This document shows, one piece after another, positions 11,426-26,950 of a stretch of DNA of 64,000 nucleotides (positions are counted from its first letter, which is position 1; each line of letters starts with the position of its first letter). The DNA lies in assembly GCA_951406725.2 (NCBI GenBank), contig OX597814.1, forward strand, positions 63,736,001-63,800,000, written 5' to 3'. This DNA is from Octopus vulgaris (taxonomy: Eukaryota). Below the pieces are notes generated by a model. That model worked only from the letters and a program-made list of their open reading frames with translations, was not told the DNA's origin and ran no database searches. The translations under genes and the position numbers were made by a program.

Positions 11426-12704
11426 GCTTTCGGTACAAGGTCCAAAATTCAGCACCATAAAGCATGCATGCATACATACATACATACATACATACATACA
11501 TACATACATACATACATACATACATACATACATACATACATACATACATACCTACACGGAAAAATTAGATACTATAATATCAACAATGAACTTTCAAATA
11601 TTACGAAGGGAAACTTCTACCCATTTAAGTACAAGAAGCAACAGACATTTCAATATTTTAATCATGACTCTCCAGCCACTTTGCCTCACTCCAGCATGGG
11701 TAAGGTTTTGGATTACGATTAAATGCACAATATGGTTTATAACACATTTAAGACGTATACTCCCATGAACTTACGAACTTACAACTCCATGGTCTAAGAG
11801 TGGCACCAGGCATCTTTGAAATAATATAAATAATTATATGCACATACTCAAAAATGAAAAACCGCATTCTGCAGGTGTATATATAGACATATATACATAC
11901 ATAATTGCAGAGTATTTCTAGAATAGATGAGCATTTGGAGCCTATGTCATTGTGCAAATATTTCCACGTAACCTAGCGATTCCGTCTTTTTTGTTTTACA
12001 ATTCTGTCTTTCCTTCACACTGTTCTGTGTTCCTAGCAGACCTGCCACTTATAATCTTCTTAGCTTTCTCTTAGAAGATGGACCTACTGTTATATTTTAC
12101 TAAGAATATTCCTTCATTCATCAACAATGGACCTGCTAACTGCTATTATCTTTTACTCGAGATTTCCTTAATGATATGATGAACTGGTTACTAGTATCCT
12201 TTATCCTCCTTTATTATATTCCTTAATTCTTATTCCTATAATTTACCTCCCGTGATCTGTGTATTTATTTTGAAAATCTGTTCAGTCCGATGTTATCCCG
12301 TGTATTCTCATCCAAAAAGGAGACGGGTACCAACACATCCATGTAGCTCCCTTGAAAAGTTGTGAAGATCTGATATGAATACATTGGTTGCGTTTTTAAG
12401 CCACAAATAAAGAATATTTATATTTAATAAAGAATATTTAATATTTATACACCAGTCGGTGCACTCATCTCAATGTTGAGCGGCAGACCACGCGTGTGTG
12501 CACGTTTCTACATGCGTGTGCGTTTGTACGAGCGCCAGACCACGAGTATGTGTGTGCGTTTGTAAATTCATATCTATTAACGGTTGTATGTAATATTTTT
12601 TTCCCTTTATTGTATGTTTGTTTCTTTTTGTATCTGCTCTTTGTCATTCATATTCTATAACAAAGAAGCAGCATCTGTCATTTTACCACACCTACCCACG
12701 AAGC

Positions 12705-12755
<51 letters not shown>

Positions 12756-12895
12756 ATTTCTCATTTATATCTCTAATTTCTTTCGTCTTGCTCGTTTTCT
12801 TCCTCCCTCTCTCCCTAAATCTTTGTCCTTCTCTCTCCCTTTCTCTCTCTCTCTTTCTTACTATCTATCTATCTATCTACATCTATATATATATG

Positions 12896-12931
<36 letters not shown>

Positions 12932-13028
12932 TGTATGTATGTATGTATGTATGTATGTATGTACGTACGTATGTATGTATGTATATATGTATACATGTAT
13001 ATATAAATGTATAAATATATAAAGATGA

Positions 13029-13110
13029 AGGTGTAGCAGTGTGGCGAGAAGTTTGCTTCGCAACCAGAGGGTTCCGAATTCAGTCCCACAGCGTGGCACC
13101 TTGCTCGAGT
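13029..13110 (+). mobile_element. OR-like SINE head fragment
   Basis: GTGTGGCGAGAAGTTTGCTTCGCAACC..TTCAGTCCCACAGCGTGGCACCTTG aligns to the copy at 7624. Confidence 0.75.
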
Positions 13111-13518
13111 GTCGACATCTTTATGCTGTTTCAGAACCGAGCTGTACAGCCTTTGTTTTGTTTGTATATTTTTATTCGTACCAACAACCAGAGTTGTGTT
13201 TGTTTTTGTCTCCATCCTCTACACCCACTCATTATTATTCCCAGCAGTTTTTTGCTGTTGACGCCACCAGAGATGAACAATATTATCGTTAACGGAGTGA
13301 AATTTTAAGGATTTTCGGACGATAACTCACAAGGTAAGATTGTATCCATGTCTTGTGTGTCAATTTTCTTTTTGTTCTTTTACTGTCCTTAGGCATTTTA
13401 CGAGACTAATAAGACGGTGTAGAACTCAATATATGTATGTTTCAGAACGAAGTGTTGGTTGGGTATGGAGAGGTAATAATAGAAAGTAAGATGACAAAGG
13501 AATAAATGACCATCTTAT

Positions 13519-13564
13519 GAACTACAGCTGTTTCTGCTATAAGATGCCACGGATCCTCAGTTGG
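13519..13564 (-). ncRNA. Decayed hammerhead-like motif
   Basis: Minus: CTGAGGA...GAAA-CAGCTG-TA. Same CAGCTG stem III as the motif at 21638, but stems I/II pair poorly. Confidence 0.4.
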
Positions 13565-13574
13565 CTGATTGAAT

Positions 13575-14000
13575 GTGCCCACACTTCTATATGATAATTT
13601 CAACAAGAGGCCAGAAACGCGTACTGCACTTATTGCATGTGAGCTTAAAAAATATTCCCCTGATATAGTTGCGCTTTCTGAAACTCATCTCTCTCTCTCT
13701 CTGGTGAATATCAAATAAATGATCCTACTTATGGATACACTATCTTCTACAGAAGTCTACCTGCAGGTCTGTTCAGAGAGTCTGGTATTGGGTTTCCTCT
13801 CAAGAATTCATTAGTATCCTCCATTGTAGAATTTCTAAGTGGCATATCTGAATGAACCATGTCATGCCGTATAAAACTGACAAAAGGTAGGTTTCTTACA
13901 GTTGTCAGCATTTATGCTCCAACAATGTCTCATTTCGATGAAACTGTAAGACAGTTTTATGATGGTCTATTTCAAGAAAATACCAATTTAAGACAAGCAT
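13575..14000 (+). pseudogene. RTE-clade LINE AP-endonuclease fragment
   Basis: Frameshifted RPE..TALIACELKKYSPDIVALSETHL ... MSCRIKLTKGRFLTVVSIYAPTMSHFDETVRQFYDGL, a typical RTE/BovB APE N-terminus. Confidence 0.85.
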
Positions 14001-14608
14001 CTCTTTGTCTGTATTTGACCGCACTACCGCTTGATGGTGAGTTTATGTCACCGTAAAATAGCGGTTCGCCCAAAGAGTGCGATAGAATAAGTACTAGCCT
14101 TAACAAATAAGAAAATATCGAGTCGATTGATTTGACAAAATTTCTTCACGGTAGTGCCCCAGGATAAATGATAAAGTAAATGATAAAGGATACTAAGACA
14201 ATGATTTTTAAACATACTCTGTGGAAGTACTTCCAAATGCATCAAATACAGAAACATGGAGGCTGAATAGTCCTTCATGCTGATTATTAGACAGCGAAGA
14301 CAAAAATTATGTTACGTTATCTGTTTACATTTATGTGAGTGTATACATTTCTAAATAATAACACGATTGTATCTAATGTGTTGTATATATAATGATATTT
14401 GTGTTAATTTACAGACTCATGTAGCTACAGATAATTCAGTATTTATTATTGGTACTTATGTATATAAATATGCGTTATATATATATAATCTGTGGTGTGG
14501 TGTGTGTATGTTTGTGTGTATATAGTGTACGAGTGTGAGTAGATATTTATTGATGCTGATACTTACGTTGTGTGTGCGTGTATGTCTGTCTGTATGTATG
14601 TATGTATG

Positions 14609-14670
<62 letters not shown>

Positions 14671-14869
14671 TATGCATTATGTATATCGTAAGAATATTAG
14701 GGGTATATCTGTCTGCATGCAACAATTTGCAGCATTATATTCATTTTATTCTTACAGGTTTCTGTTACTAGATAGAAGCGGGAAACTGTGAAAAGCAATG
14801 AACAGAATGGGAAACAAGGAAATTGCATGGTGATATATATATATATATATATATATAGGAATATGTACT

Positions 14870-14927
<58 letters not shown>

Positions 14928-14942
14928 GACAGACAGACAGAC

Positions 14943-15072
<130 letters not shown>

Positions 15073-15651
15073 TAAGAGAGAGAGAAACGAAGAGAGAAAG
15101 ACAAAGATTTAGGGAGAGATGGAGGAAGAAAACGAGCAAGTCGAAAGAAATTAGAGATATAAATGAGAAAAATAAAATGTTAAATATAAAGAAACTGTGA
15201 GCTTACTCTGATACAGGCACACAGTCACACATACACAGACACAGACTCAAACACACGCACGCACACACACACACACACACACACACAAAACACACACATG
15301 CACACAGACTCACATATATATGAATGTACATGGATACATAGATACATGTCTGTGTGCGTGTATTTTCATGTGGATGTTTGTGTGTGGAAATGTATTTGTG
15401 AGTGAGCCTACATAGCTTTATGATGTATTTGTTTATCGATTTCTGTCATTCACTGACTCATCGTTGCTAATTCTTATCTTCGGCTGATTTCAAAACGAGT
15501 CTGCGACCTTCTCTCATTGCACCAATCAAAAGTATTGCCTCTTGTTTCTGACCTTTTCTTTCTTTCTTTCTTTTTTTCACTTTCTCTCTTTCTCTTTCCT
15601 TCCTTCCTTCCTTCCTTCCTTCTCTCTTTCTTCCTTTCTTTCTTTCTTCCT

Positions 15652-15682
<31 letters not shown>

Positions 15683-15851
15683 CCGACCTCTTTGACAGTC
15701 TAACTAATGATCCTTCCTCAAAATTATCAATGTCATCGTCGGTGCTGTCGTCATTCTCGGCTGCCTCTTTCTGACTTATAATAATTATTATCATCAACTT
15801 TATTTGTCGCCATCTACATCTGACTCTTCCTTCGACCCATCATCGTTGTCG

Positions 15852-15898
<47 letters not shown>

Positions 15899-16574
15899 GT
15901 CATCATCATCGTCGTCGTCGTCGTCATCATTATCGTAACTACTAACTACAGAAACACCACCACTTCTTCAATGACATCATTGTTAAAATCTTCATCACCT
16001 TCACCATTCTCTTTGCAACGTGGTCCCAGAACAGGCCAAAGATGTGGCACATCCGGCGAAGAAATTTAGTAAAACTGCTTCAAGCAATTTCATTGGTTAA
16101 CTCCATACTTTTGGTCCATTCGAGCAGAACTACTTAATCGGAATGAAATAAATGAGAACCATCATTAAATAAAATATATTAAAAAAAAAACACACAGCAC
16201 ATCAAACATAATCAACGCAAACATTCACAGTTACAGACATTTATACATATACATTCACTAATGGGTTGCCTGTACAAATATCTGTACGACATTCGTATAG
16301 ATTTGTTTAATATGCATGAAAGTAGAAATAGTTGCCGAGAAGACCAAAATACAGTGAATGCGCAATTTTCATATTTTCATGCAGACATATGTCTACGTAT
16401 TTGCATGCATACAAGCATTCATCCACACACACACACACACACACGTACATACTCGCATATATGCTTGTTCATGTGTGCGTGTTTTCAATAGATGTGAATG
16501 CCCGTGCGCACGTGCATCGACACAATGCCTATAAAGTAGAGAGTTATGCACGTGTTTTCTTTTATTTTTTTACT

Positions 16575-16836
16575 GATTTCAGTCATTTGGCTGCGGTCAT
16601 GCCGGAGCACCGGCTTAAAAGTTCTTTTAGTCGAACAAATCAATCCCAGGACTTACTCTTTGTAAGCCTAGTACTTATTCTATCGGTCTCTTTCGGGGAC
16701 GTAAACGCACAACTATCAGTTGTCAAGCACAAAGCTATGGTCGGCCCAAAGTAGAAGACAGTTGCCCAAGGTACCACACAGGGAAACTGAACCCGGAACC
16801 ATGTGGTTGGGAAGCATGCTTGTTACCACAGAGCCG
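16575..16836 (-). mobile_element. OR-like SINE, internally deleted
   Basis: TTTCAGTCATTTGGCTGCGG...GTACTTATTCTATCGGTCTC...CTGAACCCGGAACCATGTGGTTGG..TTACCACAGAGCC. Confidence 0.85.
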
Positions 16837-16899
16837 TGTAAAGTTTTCACATATTTCTCATTACACTAGTATAATCAGCATAAAATATTTCTTTATTAT

Positions 16900-17235
16900 C
16901 TTTTTTTATTATTCGTATAGTGTGCTGAACAAAATACAATATGTATTTTCTTCCCCTTTATGCTCTGAGTTCAAATCCGGGTGTATTTTCAAATTAGCCT
17001 TTTATCCTTTGCGGAACGACATTTCCAACCAAGGTCTAGGCTCGATGACATCGACTTCAAAATTGTTATTAGCGCGTCGAACAAAATGCTTAGTGGCATT
17101 TCTTCTACTAAGACTAAGTCGTTCCTCGATCAACCTTGCCTTTCAGTCTTTCAGAGTCGATAAAATAAAGTACTAGCGAAGTATCTGGGTAGTGGTAGTC
17201 AATTATTTTCTCCTTGGCCTGGTGCCAAAAATTTA
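16900..17235 (+). mobile_element. Two decayed Nin-like SINE pieces followed by (CCT)n(CAT)n
   Basis: CTGAGTTCAAATCCG..GCCTTTTATCCTTT and CCTTGCCTTTCAGTCTTTCAGAGTCGATAAAATAAAGTAC..TGGCCTGGTGCCAAAAATT are homologous to 22-215. Confidence 0.65.
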
Positions 17236-17264
17236 TGCAATCTTCCTCCTCCTCCTCCTCCTCC

Positions 17265-17347
<83 letters not shown>

Positions 17348-19651
17348 GTTGGTCCTGTATGAAAGTGGTGCCAACAGATTAGTTGCCGTTTTAGCTTCGA
17401 TTGAGGCAGGACGGCCAGATTTCAGCAGATGTGTAGATATAGAACTTTCCGGGTGATTCCGGTTCCTTACTTCTAATGCAAATGTACTTCAGATACACAG
17501 ACAAACTGTGTTTGAAAAGTGCAATGAAAATGAAGTGCGAAAATTTTGAATTCCTACTTATAAGTTTCCAACTGTCAGACAGGCAGCAATTACTCTGATT
17601 TGCCAGTCTGAAAATGGAGCAACTACATCTAGTCAAGCAGATCGTATCTTGATAGAGTATTTGTTAAACCAACGGATAAGTATGGTGTAGTGTGACGAGA
17701 ATTCAATTTGCTCGGATATTCGGACCACGAATTGGTAATCAGCTTGGTTGACTTGAATAGAACTACTAGGCAAATACCCTGTTAGTAGGCCATCGTAACT
17801 GAGCATTTTGCATCTTTTGCAACTTATAACCTCTATATTTCAACGAATGTTATTAGCTTTTCACATCACATTACGACTTCTAGTGAGAGCTACAGCTAGC
17901 CATCAACTCACCAGCGGCCTTCAACTATCATTTGAATTAGCACCCGCTCATCTCGAACTTTCAAGGACCTGATTGCAGATTTGTTGTCAGATTTGTGCTT
18001 CTGAAACTCCAGGCCATCGACAGTTGTTGTCCCCTTGTGTTTTAGCGCACGGTCCTGACAATGCAGCCTCCGTTTAAGAAATATTCAAAGGCTTTTCTCT
18101 CCTATAGCTTGTCAGTTGCGATGGCATTACGAAACTCTTCTTCTAGATTTCTGTCCAATTCCCTTTCCAGTCTATATCTCGCTATCGGCAGCCTCAACAC
18201 TCTCAACTTCCAAATGTTCAGAGTGCGATAAATTTTAGTTCACCTTCGTCCGCTGTTGTTTTCTTGAGAAGGGATTTCGATATCGCTGAGAAGAAATTTT
18301 TCCTTCTAACCTGTATTTGTTGTTTTGTGTTGTGACTCATTTTTATGCTATTTTCCTTTTTCCTTTCGTATTAAGTCTCTAATTATTTCATCCTCATCGC
18401 ACGACAAAGCACAGCAATTCAGGTTAGTAGCGCTAGGAGACCAGGTGTTTACTCATTCAGTATTTGAATACTTTCTTTACTCTCCTCAGAGGTGCACTCG
18501 AAGTTGTGTCTCATCGTTCTCACAATTCTTCAGGGCATTCAGCGCTAAGTTGTATTTGACTCCTACAAATATAATAACTAGGTTTTCTACCCCGTACCAT
18601 AGTCTCTTACTCTTCGTTTCAGGGGTTTAAACTGGAGAAAGTTCTGGGAAGGGTCTTTGGCTCGAGAGATCATTAGGACTTGCAGGCTTCCTGAAGCTTG
18701 CTTTGTCTGCTTTACCGCATTATATTATAAAAGTCACAAACAGTCATGAATCTACGCCTTGTTAAACATCTTTCATTGTATATCTGTTTCCTTGACTCAT
18801 GTTCTGAGGAACAAAAACATATATAATAACTTCAGCCTGCGATTTGGCTGCATTTTCAGTTTTCCATGAACAGCAAGTAATACTATAGCGTTTCCCTTTT
18901 TTAATTGAGATTTCTTCTGGTATATCTTGGAGGGCATCTTATAGTCCTTGACATGAGGGAAAATATTGACCGTTTCCAATTCTTCGTAGGCATAGATATA
19001 TAAATTTTCTCAAATGACAAAAATATCAGCTACAGAATTATCCTTTCTGTATTTCTTTCTTACAAGTGTGAAATGCTTATAAATTCTGTATGTTCAATAG
19101 CATTAAAAGAAGGTCTGTGCTCACACATCATCTATATTAATGGACCATAGATATTCTTCGTTGGCGTTTGACAAGGATAATTCTGTCCCGTCGATTTCAG
19201 GAAAATGTTTTCTCACATGAAGGTTTTGGGACCAATGGTAGAATATTGAAATGCATTGATATGCATAAATATTGAAATGCATTGATATGCATAAATATTG
19301 AAATGCATAAATCAGGTTTATGTTGACTATTTCACCAAAACGTAGATATATATCTCAATTCTTTCTTCTTTGTATCATATTAACGTGAATATTTATGTTA
19401 AATATAGTGATAAAACTTGGATTTCAATAAATGCATCTTGCGAAAAGAAATAAAGATCGATTAATCATAAATCTGCATTAGATAGAGGAATAATAGAGGA
19501 GAGAGAAAATGTCCTATGAGGGGGAATAGTAATGCCAGTAAATGTTGTGTTCATTTAATTATATTTTGCTTTAATTATTGTGGTCATTGTACTTTTTACT
19601 TATTTCTGTGTAAATATATATATGCACGATTGAATGCATGTGTACGTACAC

Positions 19652-19689
<38 letters not shown>

Positions 19690-21529
19690 GCGCGCACGAA
19701 TACACACACACGCTCACACATACACACGCTCACACAAATATATACATATACATATATGTACATATGTAAGCACGTTCATAACTCTCACTCCTATTAACTG
19801 AAATTTCTAACCGTACTCATATATTATACTTATATGATCGATTCCGCTCCAAACTTGTAACCTTGACCTGCCTATGTTATGCTTGTGTCTCTTTGAAATA
19901 TATTACATTTTTAAACACGTGTGCACATATGTATGTAAGAGCACTTGAGTATTGTAGGCTAGCAAATTTTTACCGAAGTTCATTTGCTGTTTTTTTTGAC
20001 CAGTGGTTATAAAAGAGGAGGTAAGGTATTCATAACCCGAGTCTGCAAATAACTGTTGATGAAAAATTAGATAAAGTAAATTTATTTGTATTTATAATTT
20101 CTTCTAGTCTTGCTTTTGCCTAAAAAAAGTCACTATTTTAAGAATATTTTTTAGATCTTACAACAACTTGTTAAGCCAAACTTTTAGTGTCGATGCATAC
20201 TCAGACTTTTTATGGAAGTTATTCCAGAGACTTTCTTAATACTTAATGTTTCCAGAATAAAAATGCCAGAGGCCAAGAGTTAAGATTTGAATGAAGTTTC
20301 TAAAACCATTTATTCTATTTATGCTGCCATATTTTTATAGTATGGTCACAGTTGAAAGAGCAGTGTTCATGACTCTCTCTGTGTTTAGGATCTCCTAGAG
20401 TAGTGGGAAGGCAGGTTATACTTAAATCCGAGGAGTAACTTGAATGAATGTAAGAGAATGGCCACTACTAATGTAACCCAACGGTCAGGTGATGGTTAAA
20501 GTAGGAAAAGATATTTACGTCATATTTGAGCATTTCATCTCTTAAAATATTGAGGGATTATTAACTCGTACACGAAACTATTAGCGAATTTTGAAATTCA
20601 ATAATTTCCAGTTGTGTTTATATATATATATATAGCTTGTTCTTTCCCACTCCCGTCCTATCACTCCATGTAGCTGTTGCTCCTGTTATTCTTTTGGATA
20701 CTTATATTAAACTCACGGCAGCTTTGAACAAGTACAACTATGATCAAAGGCGTTAAGGTAGTGATTACCCCCTCTTAGATACGTATGGTCTGTATCAGAT
20801 TTGATGGTGAGTTGGTTAATATTTCTAGCAAATGAAATGGATGCTGCAGGCAGCCTCCTTGGCGCATTTTGTTGATAAACTTAAGTAGTATAAATCTACT
20901 GTTTACACACTTATGTCTCGACATCTGCTATATAAAATTTTGTACTTAGGACAAAAATACTACTTGTAAACAGCAAGGCATAGTTTAAAACCTGTTAGCC
21001 AAGGCTAATTTGTACGAGGAGGCTCAAGTGAGGTAACCACAAAGTTCAGTTTTCATACTTCTCAGATTACGTTTCAACGTATTGTAATCTTTAGATTAGC
21101 AATAAACGAGGCATCTTGTACTCCTTTGACAGAAAAACAACTTTTTCTTTTCTTTCTTTGTTTCATTCTTTTGTTTTTCACTTCTTTAATTCATATACCT
21201 GTACATTTTCTATAAGGCTTCTCAACTTACAATTTTTTCTCTTTTTTTTAGTTTATTATTGTTTTTGATAAATAAATATACTCGCATAACACATACAGAA
21301 ACACGCTGGTGCAAAACACAAGTACATACACACACGCGCGCATGCGAACGGACACACACAGATATACACACACAAACACACACACTTATCTATATATGTG
21401 TGCGAGCATGTGCTTATGTATGGGTTTTGTGTCCGATGAAATAGATAAGCACAAGTGCGTGTGTGTTTGTGTGTGTGTGTGTGTATGCGTGTATGTGTGT
21501 GTGTGAGTAGTAGGAAAAAGGACAACAAA

Positions 21530-23060
21530 AACCAAGACAAGACGAGTATCTCAAGTCATTTGGAATATTTAATTAGAGTAGGTGAATTTGATGTAATGAA
21601 TCAATTAATTAGTTAATTAACTAATTAATTATAGGGTGTCTTACAGCTGTTTCTGTTATTTCCCAAGTGATATGTTAGCACTGGCTATTCCGTCATCAGA
21701 GACAAGGTGAGTATGTATGGAAGTTCTTGACAAGGAAATTCATAGTTTATAAGGAATAAAATAGGAGATAAAAGAATAACGAGCAAAACAGTAGCTAGAA
21801 AAATACAGACAGGAGAATAAAGTTCATGCACCATCTTCTTCCAGAGGTTGGTCTGTACTTCTGTGAAAGTCCTTAATTACAATCCCAGGTAAATCCTTGC
21901 AGTAATTTGGCAGTATTTTGAATGTTGCGTTCATGTTGAAGGAATAGATCAAATAGTTACCTAGTATGAAAATGGTCCACGTGAGTATAAAGAGAGAAAA
22001 AGACAGACATCATGATAGACAGATATTGGGTGTAAGTGAATAGAAGAGAGAGGAGAAAGAGAGAAAAGAAAGGAAGGAAGGAATGAGGGCGTGAGTAAAA
22101 TCAAAGTCGAAGATCAAAAATAAAAATAAAGATAAGATGCCAGTATCATTCCTTGTTAGAGTCGGTTCGGAGTGAAGAGGTTAGGCATTAAGGTTTTGGT
22201 AAAGCGAGAAGGAGGACAATTATGGCTATTAATTAAATAGATGAATTCTAGGTTCGGTCAGGTCAGAAAGAATATTTATTCAAGTGGTCAGTAAGGATAG
22301 TTAAAAATACACGCCTAACTCCCTTAGGAAGTATATATAAGATTAAAAATACAATTAAATAGATAAAAGATTAAAAAAGGAATAAAAAATTAAGAATTAA
22401 GAATTAATTAAAAATTAAATATTAAAAAAGCTTATTGCAGCTAGCTAGATTCTAAGATACTTATGCTGATAGATGAAAGAGAAAAAGCGTACGTATATTG
22501 TAACGACCGTGGATGTATTTAAGCAAGTTTTATGTGTGTTGATTTTGCTTGCATTTAGACCTATGGAAGAATCTGAAGGTACGGTAGAACTTAGAGAATG
22601 CTTCGTGCTGTTTATTGAGTAATTGTGGAGAATCTTGAATTAATATTTGGAGGGAATTCTTTCAGGCAGAGTGCACACGTGGGGCGCTGGACTTGGTATG
22701 GGACACCATAATCTATTATGGCCCAGGATATCCTATATGGTATTTTTCTATTTTATCAGATGGTGTATATGATTGGCTAGGGACGTGGATTTGCTTTACT
22801 CCTCATATTTAAATGAGTTCAAGTGTGCAGAATATCTCTGTTCAAAATTAATAGTAGACCCGATGTAGTGGATAGTAGAATTGTGCAATATGTTGCGTTC
22901 AATACATTTATATACCATGTTAAAACTTCTGCAATGGGCTTGTAGCAGGCTTTCCGTCCGAGACCGGCAGCTGCAGATATCTGTCTTACGTGGATTAGTT
23001 GTGGAAAGGAATTATGCTGTACTTTTATTGGACAAGCTAAAGTTTAGGGTGGTATTAGGG
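21530..23060 (-). mobile_element. 5'-truncated Penelope-like element: GIY-YIG endonuclease remnant + 3' pLTR
   Basis: Minus translation CSCRSR..HCRSFNMVYKC..IHYIGSTINFEQRYSAHLNSFKY..STSLANHIH..TCALCLKE..LLNKQHE. HHR at 21638-21703. Homologous to 50395-51640. Confidence 0.85.
21638..21703 (-). ncRNA. Type I hammerhead ribozyme
   Basis: Minus: GTCT-CTGATGA-(stem II, partly decayed)-GAAA-CAGCTG-TA-AGAC. Confidence 0.75.
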
Positions 23061-23072
23061 GATTGGCTCTTA

Positions 23073-23132
<60 letters not shown>

Positions 23133-23133
<1 letters not shown>

Positions 23134-23619
23134 GTTTTTTCCTTCTTTCTTCAAATTTTCTTCCGTTTCTCGCCGAGTGTTTTCCATACACCTAGAGCAG
23201 AGAAGCTCATTGTATGCATTCCCAGATTACACACGCAAATTCACAGATAAAATATGCATTTAAAAATTAATAAATTAATAAATAAATTCATGGATGGATG
23301 TTGTTTTCACAGCGATAATACTCTTCTCAGTACATGAGCCGTTCCAGTTACTACGATTTTTTGCACTTCCTGTAGGGATGGTAAGCCTGGAATCATTTTC
23401 AAATAGGTTTCAGTAACTTTTCTTTATCATTCCTAGAGATCCTACAATCACTGGTGTTGTAGTCGCCTTGAGATGCCACATTTTTTTCTATTTCTATTAG
23501 CAGGTCTTTATATTTACTAATCTTGTCAAATTCTTTCGCCGCTTTATTGTGATCGCAAGGGATAATCATGTCAATTAATAAACACATCTTTTTTGTCTGA
23601 TCTTTAATGATAATATCCG

Positions 23620-23622
<3 letters not shown>
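23133..23622 (-). mobile_element. R4/Dong-type LINE 3' fragment (RLE + 3'UTR) between (TAA)n tracts
   Basis: PDIIIKDQTKK MCLLIDMIIPCDHNKAAKEFDKISKYKDLLIEIEK..VIVGSLGMIK is the PD-(D/E)xK RLE motif. Confidence 0.88.
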
Positions 23623-24370
<748 letters not shown>

Positions 24371-24666
24371 TTCAGGGACGTTTGGCCTCATGACTGTCAC
24401 GAACCGATTAGATTTTAGGATCGATACGGTACCGGACAAGGATTCTGGATTAATTTTCCTGTTTTTTTTTACTTAATTTTTGAGAGTGGTTGTATTCATT
24501 TTTAGGATTCCCGTTTGCGAGAACAGTTTATTTAAGATATTCTCCTTTTAAAAATCATCTATGGCTAATCCTTGAAAGGAAATTGGTGTTACCTTGGCGG
24601 AGGTTTGCGCTTTTGTTGTTGTTGTTCTTCTTATTCTTATTCTTCTTCTTCTTCTTCTTCTTCTTC

Positions 24667-24908
<242 letters not shown>

Positions 24909-24909
24909 C

Positions 24910-26950
24910 ATATGCTCTCAACAGATTTGACTGTTGGAAAAGAAAAGAATCATAACATCGGTCTACAACATGTATCCTTAGAAGCCAAGAACCATCCTAT
25001 TGGGTTACAGCAATTAACCGTAGATACCAAGAACCCTCCTAAGTATCCTCAATTATACTAAACCGACTTTATGCCTATTTATTCAATCCATTTGTTCAAA
25101 TCTTTAGGGATGCACCTATAATGCACCTAATGCACCTATAACTACTGAGATACATTTTATCCGCACTTTCCATAGTCTCTTTTTTCTATGCCTCTCATAT
25201 TAATTTTTTCATCACTTGGGACTGCAAAATCAATTATCTCGAACCTTCTACTGTCTTTATCTACTACTACCAAATCAGGCCTTCTGTCAGTCTGAATTTT
25301 AAGGTCCAACAACAACTTACTTTCTAGTACTTTACTAGGTTCGTGCTCATATCATTTTTATCAGTATGTTCAAATCCTAGCTTTCTACATAGCTCCCAGT
25401 GGATTGCTCTCCCTCGATTGTCATGTATTTTCTTGTATTCTTTCTGTGCCAGCATGCTACATTAACTTACTATATGAGTAACGTTTTCCTCTTTTAATTT
25501 GCATAACCTACATTGGGAATCTACTTGGTTTTTGTCTATCTTGGCTCTTATCTATTTAAATCATAATACTTGATCTTGTTCAGCTATTAACAAACTTTCT
25601 GTCTCCCTCTTCAGTTTTCCCTTCTGCAATCGTAACCATTTCCCACTACTGCTATTTGCTGAAAATATCTTTGGGAATCTACCATGCAATGCTTTCTCCA
25701 GCCTGTCAATTCGGCATTTTTCCTAACACTTTACACATTAATGCACTAGTTGATCTTAGATCTGGCTGCTTCTCACTCACTACTTCTTTCGTCACTTTCT
25801 CCACTTATACCGCATCTCCAATATGATTGACTGGCTTATCCCAAGTATTACTCCAGAACTTTCTAGCTCCTTCTACATTACGTTTTCCATCTTCATCTTT
25901 AGTACTTCGTTCTTCACTATTTATTTGGTTATAAAATTGTCTGTCTCAAATAATCTATTCTGTTGACACTGATCTATTCTTTTCTGATATCTCAACATCT
26001 TACCTGCTACTGCTATGATACACTGTTTCAACTCTTCTATTACTGTCCCAAATCTTTTCTCATTGACAAAGTATCTTTTCTCAGGGGAAGATTTGTATCT
26101 TGTGTTTCCTAACTTGTTTGTTTTTCAGGCTTCTATTCTACTCAGATTTTGTCTTAAAGTCTTCACTTTAACTTGTAGTCTCTTTTTCCACATTTGCTCT
26201 TTTTTAATCTTTCTCTGTAAGAAATCTAATCTTCTGTTAACTACTACCCCGCTGTATAGATCTATAAGTTAGTGTCTCCTATATTTTTAGTATCTATCCT
26301 ACTGATCACAGAATCTACCTTTCTAGTAATTTCTAACAGCTTTCTTCTCTTGGTGCCATTTAATGCTGGCAATCTTTTTCTTACTTTACACATTACATCC
26401 TGCAGCTCATCTAATATCTTCTGAACTTCCTCACTTAAACCACTTAAGTCGTTGGTGCCGGTTGTCCCTTCCTTATTGCTAGTGCTATTATTTTTTTCCT
26501 CTAGCTCCTTCTTTGGTTTGTTCTTTGTCTTTCCCACTGCCTGGGTTTTCTTTTCCAGTTCTCTTGTGATCTCTTCTACTTCCATTTCTTCTCTTAACAT
26601 TATTAGCTTGATCAAATAATCTCTGCTCAGTTACTTTAAAAACACATTTCTCTACCCAAAGTATTAACATTCGTTTTCTATAGCCCCATCTTTTAGGTTC
26701 ATTTTCTAAACAGCACTGAATCACTATTCTGTTTTCTTCGCTGGTCCACTTCCCACTCCTTGCTCTATTACCTGCGGAAACTGTATTAAGATAATAGCTG
26801 TACTCAGTCTGCATCTATACTGAACCACTGCCGAGCGAGAGGCCTTCCCTTAAAAGTCCAGCTTCATTTTTGCTGTTACCTCCGCAGTTTCTTCGGAAAC
26901 TCCTATCTCTCATAAACTGAGTTAAGGTAACTTTCGTCACCATCGTCACC
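24910..26950 (-). mobile_element. R4/Dong-type LINE with N-terminal domain, CCHC knuckle and RLE but RT deleted
   Basis: KWTSEENRIVIQCCLENEPKRWGYRKRMLILW..VTEQRLFDQ (R4-type N-terminus), then KFWSNTWD..KMPN joined directly to LEKALHGRF..LKRETESLLIAEQDQ..CRLC..ENVTHI..C..RPDLVVVDK..IIDFAVP. Confidence 0.88.

Noticed and set aside
16042-16137. Short ORF MWHIRRRNLVKLLQAISL... resembling a signal anchor
   Set aside because: Only 31 codons, no convincing splice donor and no other support.
18050-19000. Purine-skewed minus-strand region that may be a very old LINE
   Set aside because: No diagnostic motif recoverable by eye.
19243-19310. 26-bp unit tandemly repeated about 2.5 times (AATATTGAAATGCATTGATATGCATA)
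   Set aside because: A simple local tandem duplication with no spacers, so not CRISPR-like.
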